Shown one piece after another: positions 1 through 12,500 of a stretch of DNA of 64,000 nucleotides. The notes below the pieces were generated by a model. It did no database searches. It worked only from the letters and a program-made list of their open reading frames with translations, and was not told the origin of the DNA. Source of the stretch: Squalus acanthias (taxonomy: Eukaryota). Positions within the stretch are counted from its first letter, which is position 1; each line of letters begins with the position of its first letter. The stretch covers positions 106,332,001 through 106,396,000 of the forward strand of contig CM059431.1 of the NCBI GenBank assembly GCA_030390025.1, read 5' to 3'. Both the position numbers and the translations under genes were made by a program.

Positions 1-90
1 ATTTATATAGCGCCTTCCATGACCTCAGGACGTCCCAAAGTGCTTTACAGGTAATGAAGTACTTTTGAAGTGTGGTCACTGTTGTAATCA
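1..90 (-). mobile_element. Deu-type SINE 3' tail fragment (L2-like tail)
   Basis: ATTTATATAGCGCC...GACCTCAGGACGTCCCAAAG...GAAGTACTTTTGAAGTGTGGTCACTGTTGTAAT, the same tail as the full SINE at 61275-61728. Confidence 0.75.
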
Positions 91-251
91 AGGAGTCTCT
101 GATAACATCCTAAATGCTGGAACAAAGTTTAAATAATTTATTATCAAGCTAAGGGCCGTTTTAACTGGGGGGGGGTTAAGGCATGTTTCCTCTTTTGGAA
201 CCCAGTGCCAACATCAAGGCGAGTAAAGTTTCCCTACTGTGCCTTAACAAT

Positions 252-1021
252 GGCCCGGATTTTGCGGTCGGCGGCGTTACTGAGGATTACGACGCTGGCA
301 TCCGAACCGAATGCACTCTTCCCTGCTGGGAACCCTCCTCCGAGAAGTTGCTGTCAGACGCTGTGCAGTAGAGGGCAGCGCAGCGGTCCACGGATCCCAG
401 GGGCGCACCGTGTGCGTAAGCATACTTGGCAACACGTGGGCCAGTGCTCCAATCAGCAAACAGAAGGTCTCTCATTCACCCCCTGTCTCTCACTCACAAG
501 CCAAGAGGGTATATTACTTTTCATGGACAATAAATATAACTATAATAATCCTGTGGGTCATGTGTAAAATGCTTGCAACATTCAAGTAAAATGCAGAAAC
601 TTTCTCGTCGCATCCAAAAATAAAAATAGCGGATATATGCCAGGCAACAGTGGAATGGGCGAAAAAATCATATTCCACACTGTCTGTGCTTGTAGTTTAA
701 GCTTTTCAAATTAGATATAAACTTGGATTTCCAAAAGGTATCCCGTGACGCTGTGCAAACAGGCTCCTGCGCCTGTTTGCACCAGTCGTAAAAATTTTCA
801 TACGTAATTGCTGGGCAGTTGGTGGGCAATTAGCCCAATTTTGTGCCAGCAATTAGGATTATAATGTTGGAGCGGATGATCTGTCAAGTCAGAAATTGAC
901 AGGTCGCAAGTTCAGGATTTAGGGCATGCACAAGCGCATCCCGAAATCCCGAACTTGCTGTCCACTTCAAAGGCGTGAAAAGTTTGAATTTTCAAAAAAT
1001 TTCAACCGGAAATTCTGCCCC
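252..1021. mobile_element. Putative PIF/Harbinger-like non-autonomous DNA element
   Basis: Imperfect TIRs GGCCCGGATTTTGCGGT / ACCGGAAATTCTGCCCC, GC-rich subtermini and AT-rich core, like other elements in the window. Confidence 0.45.
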
Positions 1022-3092
1022 ATTGTGTCTTTTCTGTAACCTCAGAAAAACAAGCCCAGCTACAGTATCATCCTGGATGATTTCATTTCCCACACCAGCA
1101 ATTCTTTAGTCCTCTCTGAAAGGGATTGCTGATTTAATGCCAATTTATATCTGCAGATATATTTGTTGGAAGTAGACAAGGAATTAACAAAAACAAGGGG
1201 TTGTAACATTAGATGATTAAACAGGGACCAGGTGCTCAGTGGGCTGGAACACTGCCCTTTTACAACATGGAATCTGGCTTTGAGGTTGATGGGATGAAAT
1301 TCTCCTCTCTCCGACTGGTACAAGGATCCGCTGTAAATGAAGCTGTGCAGTCACACCCCAACTTGAGTCAAATTGGCACTGAATTTCCTCACATCAAGCC
1401 TATAAAGGTGTCTAGAAGAAGTGAAAAATTCACAGTGGTGTAATAATTGGTGCTCTTCTGAAATCAGAGCTACGAAAATAAAGAAAGCAAGAGAAAGCTG
1501 ATAGGTGCTCACCCTACGGTACACATCAAAACGCTTCAGAATTTATTTTTTTTGTACGTTGGAGTATATTAGGGCTCTTGAAACCAAAGTTGATTTGACT
1601 TCTGAAGGAAAGAAAATATTATGGACGACGTATGGAACCCAGAAATCATTTTCAGAGATTATTCTACTGGCTCAGCACTGTGGCAAACAAATAAATGGAC
1701 TTCTGCCGGGCAAGTCGTGTTTTTACGTGGGATGCTGGCGTAACCAGGTGGCAGTCTAATTGGCTGCAGTCTCCCGACTTGTCGGCAATCGAACGGTTGC
1801 TGTGTAAGTGAATTGACCATCAGTGCCAAATTCCTATTGTTACTTCCAGTTTGTAAGAGTCGGATGCCTTGACAGTTATGAAGACTGAACCGTGCAGAAT
1901 GCCCTTGCATCAAATTTAATGTCTTCGCAAAATAGATGCAACATTACTCAGCCAACCTATAACAACATAATCGCTGAAAAATCAGCATCAAACTTAATCC
2001 ATCAGCGCAGACAGCATTCTGTTTCACCGCTAAGACAAATTGTGACGATATTGCCATGAATTAAAAATATAAATTTAAGGGTCTTTAATCTACGTTTCAG
2101 AGAGAAAAAAAAAATCATTGTTACAAAATAAGCCTTTTATTAAACTACATTTTGATTTATGTCCCAACCTTTGCATGGGAATTAGATTTTTTTTCTCCCT
2201 GTGTTGAAGATGTAATATCTTGCCCTTGAATAAAATGTTTCAATCCACTTTATTGAGTACTTCAGCAACGAAAAAATTAATTATTAAACAGCCGCCTCAA
2301 GAAGTACTGGAAGAAATCAGTGGCCTTGTCACACAACTCGGAGATTGATGACACATCACGTTCTTGAAAGGGCCAATGGTTTCAGAATTCAAACCCTAGA
2401 AGGGCAATACTAAGCATGTCATAGCATAAGTCAATTTTTAATTCAATTTTTTATTAAATGCTAGATAGAATAAATTTATCCATGCCTTACAGAGCCTATA
2501 TGAATAAATGAGTTGGCACCAGTTCAAACACAAAAAAGAAAATGGGCAGGGTTCGTCAAGGGCAAGAGAGAAATACTTAAGCACAGGAAATTCTAAGGAG
2601 ACGGAGGGAATTTGCACTGTTTCGGTTGCGGGCTTGAAAAGGAGAGAAAAGAGTAGGGGACAAAAATGAATCTCTCTCTGTCTGTTACAAGCAAATTAGG
2701 CGAGCAATTATGCAAATTTCCATGAACGTTTCACCTAATGTAAATGATGATCTATCTTTCAACCCAAATTCTTTTCCAAGTCTGTCACCCTATTGTTTCT
2801 GAAGTTTCTGTTGCTCCAGACAGGTGTTTAAAGAATTTATTGTACTCTCGGGAGTACAGAACCATAATTACATACCAGTCGATTAGCCTATTTGGTGATT
2901 TTTTTTAAACGGGGGCTACATCACAAAAGCTGCAGTCTTTTGAGTTTTGTTTCTCCACTGTAATTACTTATTCCTGTCATTAACAATGATATTTTTTGCC
3001 ATGACATTACTCGGGAACATGTTGTTCAATGTTCTTTGGTTCTAAAATGCTAACTTTCCACTTAGACTGAGGTGATTGAATCATTATTAATG

Positions 3093-3212
3093 AAACCTAA
3101 TGGAGGCATTTAAAATTATGAGGGGATTTGATGGAGCAAGTAGGAAGAAACTGTTTCCTCTGGTAAGTGGGTTGGTGACCAGAGGTCACAGATTTAAAAT
3201 AATTGGCAAAAG
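3093..3212 (+). mobile_element. CR1 LINE ORF2 C-terminal fragment
   Basis: Encodes [10 protein letters not shown]...KLFPLV...TRGHRFKI, matching the other CR1 copies. Confidence 0.75.
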
Positions 3213-3359
3213 TACACTTCTCAGCAGCCTTTGCTCTTTGACACATTCGGGCCAGTTGCTGTTTACAGTGAAAGAAAAAGCTGCACAGGTTATAAAAACT
3301 TCTCCCAAAGTTTATCACTTTTGTTCCACAGCTTTTAGCTACGGCTGCAACAGTCATTC

Positions 3360-4070
3360 GTGCCTTCAGTGCTGAGGCCCTAAGCTCTGGAATTCCCTCC
3401 CTAACCCTCTCCACCTCTCTCTCTGCCTCTCCACCTCTCTCTCCACCTCTCTCTCTGCCTCTCCACCTCTCTCTCTGCCTCTCCACCTCTCTCTCTGCCT
3501 CTCCACCTCTCTCTCCACCTCTCCACCTCTCTCTGCCTCTCCACCTCTCTCTCTGCCTCTCCACCTCTCTCTCCACCTCTCTCTCTGCCTCTCCACCTCT
3601 CTCTCTGCCTCTCCACCTCTCTCTCCACCTCTCTCTCCACCTCTCTCTCTGCCTCTCCACCTGCCTCTCCACCTCTCTCTCTGCCTCTCCACCTCTCTCT
3701 CCGCCTCTCCACCTGCCTCTCCACCTCTCCACCTCTCTCTCTGCCTCTCCACCTCTCTCTCCGCCTCTCTCTCTGCCTCTCCACCTCTCTCTCCGCCTCT
3801 CCACCTCTCTCTCTGCCTCTCCACCTCTCTCTCCGCCTCTCCACCTGCCTCTCCACCTCTCTCTCCGCCTCTCTCTCCGCCTCTCCACCTCTCTCTCCTC
3901 CTTTAAGTCGCTCCGTAAAACCTACCTCTTTGACCAAGCTTTTGGTCACCTGCCCAAATATCTCTTTATGTGGCTCGGTGTCAAATTTTGTTTGATAATC
4001 GCTCCTGTGATGCATCTTGGGACGTTTTTACTACGTTAAAGGCGCTATATAAATACAAGTTGCTGTTGTT
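3360..4070 (+). mobile_element. L2 LINE 3' end with internal minisatellite expansion
   Basis: GGCCCTAAGCTCTGGAATTCCCTCCCT...AAAACCTACCTCTTTGACCAAGC...GGCGCTATATAAATACAAGTTGCTGTTG; copies elsewhere encode [10 protein letters not shown]...SFKTLLKTYLF. Confidence 0.8.
3407..3898. repeat. Pyrimidine-rich minisatellite of CTCTCCAC / CTCTCTCTCT(G/CG)C units
   Basis: Directly visible tandem array of about 490 bp. Confidence 0.95.
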
Positions 4071-4109
4071 CCTTCAAGGCCAAACTTCAACTGTCTATTG
4101 GGATATTTT

Positions 4110-5134
4110 GGGGTGAAATTGGTCCTCGCTCACACGGAAAATGGGCGTAAAAAGTACCAATTTCTGTGACAATTCCCCGGGTCTCAAGGATGGCTGAAAT
4201 ACGCCCTACCCCATACTGGGTTGGACAATCTTTCAAGTGTCCCTGGCTGTCGCCAAAAACAGGTGTTAGGCCCTTTGCATATATAAATGAGGGGCTCAAT
4301 GCTTCTTTTAGGACCCCTCTACTAAACAACAACAACTTGTATTTATACAGCACCTTTACCGTAGTAAAATGTCCCAAGGCGCTCCACAGGAGTATTAAAA
4401 GACAAAAAATTTGACACCGAGCCACACAATGAGAAATTAGGGCAAATGACCAAAAGCTTGGTCAAAGAGTTAGGTTTTAAGGAGCGTCTTAAAGGAGGAA
4501 AGAGAGGTAGCGAGGCGGAGAGGTTTAGGCAGGGAATCCCAGAGCTTAGGGCCCAGGCAACAGAAGGCACGGCCGTCAATGGTTGAGCGATTATAATCAG
4601 GGATGCTTAAGAGGGCAGAACTAGAGGAGCGCAGATATCTTGGGGGTTATGGAGCTGGAGGAGGTTACAGAGATAGGAAGGAGCGAAGCCATGGAGGGAT
4701 TTGAAAACAAGGATGAGAATTTTAAAATCGAGGTGTTGCTTAACCGGGAGCCAATTTAGGTCAGTGAGCACAGGGGGTGATGGGCCGGTTGTCAGTGGAG
4801 CAGTCCCCGGGCTTCTTCATCAATTGCCGCGGCTAAGCAGCGGCCAACAACACCCAAAGTCAGTTCACTCCTCCTGGCTCTACAGCAGTCCTGAGAGCAG
4901 CTTGCACTGTCCTCCCCTCTCCCCGGGACATACGTAAGGGCCGCTCCCGGTGAGGCAAGCAAACAGAAATTCATACTATTGAAATGGGCAAGCTGCCTCA
5001 GGGGGCGTGTCAGGCGGCTCACCCAAGTTACTGAAATGAGTCCCGTGGGCCATTTTTGGGTGAGCCTCGGGCCTCCCAGTTGAGGTGCGTGTTGGCTACG
5101 CGCTCAGAACCGGGCCGTCACCAATTTCTACCCC
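4110..5134. mobile_element. Harbinger-like MITE interrupted by an L2 fragment
   Basis: TIRs GGGGTGAAATTGGT / ACCAATTTCTACCCC; TTT on both flanks (3-bp TSD). Confidence 0.65.
4325..4784 (-). mobile_element. L2 LINE 3' end
   Basis: (AAC)n tail followed by the reverse complement of the L2 3' end; near-identical to 39007-39428 and 57418-57800. Confidence 0.85.
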
Positions 5135-5315
5135 TTTAAATCTAAATCAGTTGAGAGGAGAAGCTCTGCATTATGAGGTTAAGCTGCTACAACACACAGG
5201 CCAAACTCTAACATTATGCTGCACCTGGCACCTGTTTCTGGAAAATCAATTCACCCCATTTTGCTCGGCCAAGCATCCTTTTCCTACTTGAAGAGATTGT
5301 TTTTAATGTTCTTGC

Positions 5316-5629
5316 GTCTTTCGGATGAGACGATAATCCGAGGCCACGTCTGCTCTCTCAGGTGGATGTAAAAGATCCCGTGGCACTATTTCGAAGAAGA
5401 GCAGGGGTCTTGGCCAATATTTATCCCTCAACCAACATCACTAAAGCAGTTTATCCGGTCATTATCACATTGCTGTTTGTGGGAGCTTGCTGTGCGCAAA
5501 TTGGCTGCCGCGTTTCCTACATTACAACAGTGACTCCACTTTAAATAGTACTTCATTGGCTTTAAAGCGCTTTGAGACGTCTGGTGGTCGTGAAAGGCGC
5601 TATATAAATGCAAGTCTTTCTTTCTTTCT
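5316..5629 (+). mobile_element. Deu-domain SINE, 5'-truncated
   Basis: TTTCGGATGAGACG...AAAAGATCCCGTGGCACTATTTCGAAGAAGAGCAGGGG core and tail GGCGCTATATAAATGCAAGTC(TTTC)n. Confidence 0.8.
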
Positions 5630-6191
5630 TCTTACTAACACAATGTTGCCATTAACCTGGGGTGGAAGTTTCCTCTGCAGACTATGAATGCAATGGAACA
5701 TTCGCCCTTTTTTTTAATCGCTACTTGTGATCGGAGTTTCCTTGTTTGTTATTTCAAAGTTGCATTTGAATTACAAAGGCCTGCGATCTTCAAATATCCT
5801 CCTCGCGTCAATCACGCAGACGTGCAGCAACACTATTTCCTATATCTGGCTCAAAAACTCAGAAAGGAGACAACCTGCTGGTGCAAGTCATCGACACGTA
5901 AAACAACTTAATTCCAATGGGAGAAAAACGAATTAAATTGTGCGTATCGCTCAGTATGTGTCATCACCCTTTGATTGATTGCAGAAGGAATGGAGCCGCC
6001 CAATCATTTGAAGGCCAACTTGGCATCAGCTATTTGCTACCTCTTGATTTAGGGTCAAAAACACAGCGGAGTCCAGTGAATGGTCAATTCTGATGTCAAG
6101 GCCGGAAAACAAAATCAATCCCGACACATTTACTTAAAGAACGTGTCGCCTTCAATCATGTCCAATGTAAATACTATTGCTGTCAGATATC

Positions 6192-6712
6192 AGGATCTTC
6201 TGACCATAGAGGGAGTGCAGCGAAGGTTCACCAGACTGATTCCTGGGATGGCAGGGCTGTCCTATGAGGAGAGATTGGGTCAACTAGGCCTGTATTCACT
6301 AGAGTTTAGAAGAATGAGAGGGGATCTATCTCGTGGAAACATATAAAATTCTGACCGGGCTAGACAGACTGGATGCAGGGAGGATGTTTCCCCTGGCTGG
6401 GGGGGTCTATAACGAGGGGTCACAGTCTCAGGATACGGGGTAGGACATTTAGGACTGAGATGAGGAGAAATTTCTTCACTCAGAGGGTGGTGAACCTGTT
6501 GAATTCTCTACCACAGACAGCTGTGGAGGCCAAGTCACTGAATATATTTAAGAAGGAGATAGATAGATTTCTAGACACAAAAGGCATCAAGGGCTGTGGG
6601 GAGAGAGCGGGAATATGGTATTGAGATAGAGGATCAACCATTATCATATTGAATGGCGGAGCAAGCTCAAAGGACCAAATGGCCGACTCCTGCTCCTATT
6701 TTTCTATGTTTC
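6192..6712 (+). mobile_element. CR1 (HER1-like) LINE 3' fragment, frameshifted
   Basis: IEGVQRRFTRLIPGMAGLSYEERL...LYSLEFRR and TRGHSLRI...RNFFTQRVVNL.NSLP motifs plus CR1 3' UTR. Confidence 0.9.
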
Positions 6713-6827
6713 CACAAAATATGTGTGGGGGGGGGGAGGAAAAAGACTTAAATGTTGGGTCCTAAAAGTAAAGTGTATTCACACAAGTTAAAATAAAAGA
6801 CAATAAGTGGTTAAAATGTTCATGAGC

Positions 6828-7732
6828 TTAGTCAGTAGTGGTGCTACCGAGCCACTCTTGGTGATGGACATTGAAGTCCCCCACCCAGAGTACATTCTGT
6901 GTCCTTGCTACTCTCAGTGCTTCTTCCAAGTGGTGTGCAACATGGCGGAGTACTGATTCATCAGCTGAGGGAGGGCGGTAGGTGGTAATCAGCAGGGGGT
7001 TTCCTTGCCCATGCTTGACCTGAAGCCATGAGACTTCATGGGGTCCGGAGTAAATGTTGAGGACTCCCAGGGCCACTCCTTCCCGACTGTATACCACTGT
7101 GCCACCACCCCTGGTGGGTCTGTCCTGTCGGTGGGACAGGACATACCCAGGGATGGTGATAGAGGAGTAGGGGACATTGGCTGAAAGGTATGATTCTGTG
7201 AGTATGACTATGTCAGGCTGTTGCTTGACTAGTCTGTGGGACAGCTCTCCCAATTTTGGCACAAGTCCCCAGATGTTGGTGAGGAGGACTTTGCAAGGTT
7301 GACTGGGCTGGGTGTGCCGTTGCCGTGTCCGTAGCCGGTGCCAAGGTCGATGCCGGGTGGTCTGTCCGGTTTCATTCTTGTTATTTTGTTTCGTAGCGGT
7401 TAGTTACAACTGAGTGATTTGCTGGGCCATTTCAGAGGGCAGTTAAGAGTCAACCACATTGCTGTGGGTCTGGAGTCACATATAGGCCAGACCAGGTATG
7501 GACAGCAGATTTCCTTCCCGAAAGGACATTAGTGAACCAGATGGGTTTTTACGACAATCCGATAGTTTCATGGTTACCATTACTGATACTAGCTTTTTAT
7601 TCCAGATTTATTTAATTAACTGAATTTAAATTCCCCAGCTGCTGTGGTGGGATTTGAACTCACGTCACTGGATCATTAGTCCAGGCCTCTGGATTACTAG
7701 CCCAGTGACATTTCCACTAAACTACCATTCCC
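6828..7732 (-). mobile_element. 5' end of a CR1-group LINE: tRNA-derived head, UTR and APE endonuclease N-terminus (truncated)
   Basis: ORF LLTNIWGL...PDIVILTES...RQDR..RGGG...YRPPS...VGDFNVHH..W is an APE domain; upstream A-box-like TAGTTTAGTGG and B box GTTCAAATCC at ~7650-7725. Confidence 0.8.
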
Positions 7733-7744
7733 AGACATAGGAAT

Positions 7745-8075
7745 GTAGGAAACGCTGTAGCCTATTTGGGTACAGCAAGCTCCCATAAACAGCAAAGAGA
7801 TAATGACCAGATAATCTTGGAGAGGGGTTTAGGAGTTGGTTGAGGGACACTGAGGATAACTTCCCTGCTTTTCTTCAAAATTGTGCAGTGGGATCTTTTA
7901 TGTCCACCTGAGAGAGCAGACGGGTCCTGGGTTTAACGTCTCATCCGAAAAACGGCACCTCCGACAGTGCAGCACTCCCTCTGGATTATGTGCTCAAGTC
8001 TCCGGAGTGGGGTCCGAACCCACGACCTTCTGTCTCGGGGGGGTGTGATTGCTGCCCACTTGAGCCATGGCTGAC
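7745..8075 (-). mobile_element. Deu-domain tRNA SINE, 5' part
   Basis: Minus-strand head CAGCCATGGCTCAAGTGG...GGTTCGGACCCCACTCC followed by the Deu core. Confidence 0.75.
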
Positions 8076-9002
8076 TAACCTAGAATGGATCGTCAGCCCG
8101 TTGGAGAACACATCAGATCGTCATTCCATTGAAAGCTACAGAGTGAAAATTCGGGTGGATTTTCGAACAGGTGGACACTCCACTCTGCCAGAAAGGTGAA
8201 AATTCACCCCGGCGTCTGCAAGTTGGGTGGGTGTGGATTTGGGTGGGATGACGAGGTGGTAACTTTAATCTCATCCTCTTTCCAAATCTTTTCAATCTCG
8301 GCGTCCTGCGCCAAGATCTGTTGTTTTAACTTATTAAAAAGGAACGGCAAAATAGTCAATCGAGCCCAGGGGCATGCCTGTGGCTGGGGATGTGCAGCAA
8401 ACCTAACCTGAAGCATTATCGGCCTAATGCAGATTTACAGCACACTCTGGGTACAAGCTGGCAATTCACTCACGTCGGGTCCCATACGGCCCAAGCATGT
8501 CTCTGTCTCAGTTGATGCACCAATAGGTTCTAAGCTAGATATGTGGCTTGCCCACCATAGCGGTACCAATTGTACAAGTTGTACAAGGAGACAAAAGGGT
8601 TGCTATTAATTTGTCTCACAGCTGGTGTGTGGACTGAGGGAACCAGAAAGACTGGAAGAAACAGCGGGATTTCAGAGCTTAAAAACAACTGTCTGATGAC
8701 TGTACACGATATAGTTCTTGTGCTGATGGTGTATATCTAGGGTTTGACGTATTCCTGGAGAGTTGAGCATGTGACATTTGATCACATGGCATTCGACCGC
8801 GTGACACCACTTAATCGCATGAGATCTGATCACGTGACATTTTCCCACTGTTTGTAAATGTGCCTTAGTTTAGTATCTCAGTGTCACCAAGCCCCGAATA
8901 AAATATTCGACTTGATGTTTTGTAGTGAGATGAATAACGTAATTTTTAAATCACAGAAAGAACACAAAACAACAGAAAGATTTAAAGATAAGTAATGGCC
9001 CA

Positions 9003-9502
9003 NNNNNNNNNNNNNNNNNNNNNNNNNNNNNNNNNNNNNNNNNNNNNNNNNNNNNNNNNNNNNNNNNNNNNNNNNNNNNNNNNNNNNNNNNNNNNNNNNN
9101 NNNNNNNNNNNNNNNNNNNNNNNNNNNNNNNNNNNNNNNNNNNNNNNNNNNNNNNNNNNNNNNNNNNNNNNNNNNNNNNNNNNNNNNNNNNNNNNNNNNN
9201 NNNNNNNNNNNNNNNNNNNNNNNNNNNNNNNNNNNNNNNNNNNNNNNNNNNNNNNNNNNNNNNNNNNNNNNNNNNNNNNNNNNNNNNNNNNNNNNNNNNN
9301 NNNNNNNNNNNNNNNNNNNNNNNNNNNNNNNNNNNNNNNNNNNNNNNNNNNNNNNNNNNNNNNNNNNNNNNNNNNNNNNNNNNNNNNNNNNNNNNNNNNN
9401 NNNNNNNNNNNNNNNNNNNNNNNNNNNNNNNNNNNNNNNNNNNNNNNNNNNNNNNNNNNNNNNNNNNNNNNNNNNNNNNNNNNNNNNNNNNNNNNNNNNN
9501 NN
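9003..9502. other. Assembly gap (500 N)
   Basis: Run of exactly 500 N adjoining the satellite. Confidence 1.
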
Positions 9503-12500
9503 CCAGTTTGTGTTTCTCTCTCTCTCTCTCCCAGTTTGTGTTTCTCTCTCTCTCTCTCTCTCTCAGTTTGTGTTTCTCTCTCTCTCTCTCTCCCAGTTTG
9601 TGTTTCTCTCTCTCTCTCTCCCAGTTTGTGTTTCTCTCTCTCTCTCCCAGTTTGTGTTTCTCTCTCTCTCTCTCCCAGTTTGTGTTTCTCTCTCTCTCTC
9701 TCCCAGTTTGTGTTTCTCTCTCTCTCTCTCCCAGTTTGTGTTTCTCTCTCTCTCTCTCTCTCAGTTTGTGTCTCTCTCTCTCTCTCTCTCCCAGTTTGTG
9801 TTTCTCTCTCTCTCTCTCTCTCAGTTTGTGTTTCTCTCTCTCTCTCTCTCTCTCCCAGTTTGTGTTTCTCTCTCTCTCTCTCTCTCCCAGTTTGTGTTTC
9901 TCTCTCTCTCTCTCTCTCCCAGTTTGTGTTTCTCTCTCTCTCTCTCTCCCAGTTTGTGTTTCGCTCTCTCTCTCTCTCCCAGTTTGTTTCTCTCTCTCTC
10001 TCTCTCTCCCAGTTTGTGTTTCTCTCTCTCTCTCTCTCTCTCCCAGTTTGTGTTTCTCTCTCTCTCTCTCTCCCAGTTTGTGTTTCGCTCTCTCTCTCTC
10101 TCCCAGTTTGTTTCTCTCTCTCTCTCTCTCTCCCAGTTTGTGTTTCTCTCTCTCTCTCTCTCTCCCAGTTTGTGTTTCTCTCTCTCTCTCAGTTTGTGTT
10201 TCTCTCTCTCTCTCTCCCAGTCTGTGTTTCTCTCTCTCTCTCTCTCTCAGTTTGTGTTTCTCTCTCTCTCTCTCTCTCCCAGTTTGTGTTTCTCTCTCTC
10301 TCTCTCCCAGTTTGTGTTTCTCTCTCTCTCTCTCCCAGTTTGTGTTTCTCTCTCTCTCTCCTCCCAGTTTGTGTTTCTCTCTCTCTCTCTCTCCCAGTTT
10401 GTGTTTCTCTCTCTCTCTCTCCCAGTTTGTGTTTCTCTCTCTCTCTCTCCCAGTTTGTCTCTCTCTCTCTCTCTCTCTCTCTCCCAGTTTGTGTTTCTCT
10501 CTCTCTCTCTCTCTCTCAGTTTGTGTTTCTCTCTCTCTCTCTCTCTCCCAGTTTGTGTGTCTCTCTCTCTCTCTCTCCCAGTTTGTGTTTCTCTCTCTCT
10601 CTCCCAGTTTGTGTTTCTCTCTCTCTCTCCCAGTTTGTGTTTCTCTCTCTCTCTCTCTCTCCCAGTTTGTGTTTCTCTCTCTCTCTCTCTCCCAGTTTGT
10701 GTTTCTCTCTCTCTCTCTCTCTCTCTCCCAGTTTGTGTGTTTCTCTCTCTCTCTCTCCCAGTTTGTGTTTCTCTCTCTCTCTCTCTCCCAGTTTGTGTTT
10801 CTCTCTCTCTCTCTCTCCCAGTTTGTGTTTCTCTCTCTCTCTCTCTCCCAGTTTCTCTCTCTCTCTCTCTCTCTCTCTCCCAGTTTGTGTCTCTCTCTCT
10901 CTCTCTCTCCCAGTTTGTGTTTCTCTCTCTCTCCCAGTTTGTGTTTCTCTCTCTCTCTCTCTCTCTCCCAGTTTGTGTTTCTCTCTCTCTCTCTCTCCCA
11001 GTTTGTGTTTCTCTCTCTCTCTCTCTCTCCCAGTTTGTGTTTCTCTCTCTCTCCCAGTTTGTGTTTCTCTCTCTCTCTCTCTCTCTCCCAGTTTGTGTTT
11101 CTCTCTCTCTCTCTCTCCCAGTTTGTGTTTCTCTCTCTCTCTCTCCCAGTTTGTGTTTCTCTCTCTCTCTCTCTCCCAGTTTGTGTTTCTCTCTCTCTCT
11201 CTCCCAGTTTGTGTTTCTCTCTCTCTCTCTCTCTCTCCCAGTTTGTGTTTCTCTCTCTCTCTCTCTCCCAGTTTGTGTTTCTCTCTCTCTCTCTCTCCCA
11301 GTTTGTGTTTCTCTCTCTCTCTCTCCCAGTTTGTGTTTCTCTCTCTCTCTCTCCCAGTTTGTGTTTCTCTCTCTCTCTCTCTCTCCCAGTTTGTGTTTCT
11401 CTCTCTCCCTCTCCCAGTTTGTGTTTCTCTCTCTCCCTCCCTCTCCCAGTCTCTGTTGCTCTCTCTCTCTCCCAGTTTGTGTTTCTCTCTCTCTCTCTCT
11501 CTCCCAGTTTGTGTTTCTCTCTCTCTCTCTCTCTCCCAGTTTGTGTTTCTCTCTCTCTCTCTCTCTCCCAGTTTGTGTTTCTCTCTCTCTCTCTCCCAGT
11601 TTGTGTTTCTCTCTCTCTCTCTCTCCCAGTTTGTGTTTCTCTCTCTCTCTCTCTCAGTTTGTGTTTCTCTCTCTCTCTCTCTCTCCCAGTTTGTGTTTCT
11701 CTCTCTCTCTCCCAGTTTGTGTCTCTCTCTCTCTCCCAGTTTGTGTTTCTCTCTCTCTCTCCCAGTTTGTGTTTCTCTCTCTCTCTCTCTCTCTCTCAGT
11801 TTGTGTTTCTCTCTCTCTCTCTCTCTCCCAGTTTGTGTTTCTCTCTCTCTCTCTCACTCTCTCAGTTTGTGTTTCTCTCTCTCTCTCTCTCCCCCAGTTT
11901 GTGTTTCTCTCTCTCTCTCTCTCCCAGTTTGTGTTTCTCTCTCTCTCTCTCTCCCAGTTTGTGTTTCTCTCTCTCTCTCTCCCAGTTTGTGTTTCTCTCT
12001 CTCTCTCTCCCAGTTTGTGTTTCTCTCTCTCTCCCAGTTTGTGTTTCTCTCTCTCTCTCCCAGTTTGTGTTTCTCTCTCTCTCTCTCCCAGTTTGTGTTT
12101 CTCTCTCTCTCTCTCTCAGTTTGTGTTTCTCTCTCTCTCTCTCCCAGTTTGTGTTTCTCTCTCTCTCTCTCTCAGTTTGTGTTTCTCTCTCTCTCTCTCC
12201 CAGTTTGTGTTTCTCTCTCTCTCTCCCAGTTTGTGTTTCTCTCTCTCTCTCTCTCCCAGTTTGTGTTTCTCTCTCTCTCTCTCCCAGTTTGTGTTTCTCT
12301 CTCTCTCTCCCAGTTTCTGTTTCTCTCTCTCTCTCCCAGTTTGTGTTTCTCTCTCTCTCTCTCTCCCAGTTTGTGTTTCTCTCTCTCTCTCTCCCAGTTT
12401 CTCTCTCTCTCTCTCTCTCTCCCAGTTTGTGTTTCTCTCTCTCTCTCTCCCAGTTTGTGTTTCTCTCTCTCTCTCTCTCTCAGTTTGTGTTTCTCTCTCT

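Noticed and set aside
3097..4015. Arg/Glu-rich minus-strand ORFs
   Set aside because: Translations of the minisatellite within an L2 fragment
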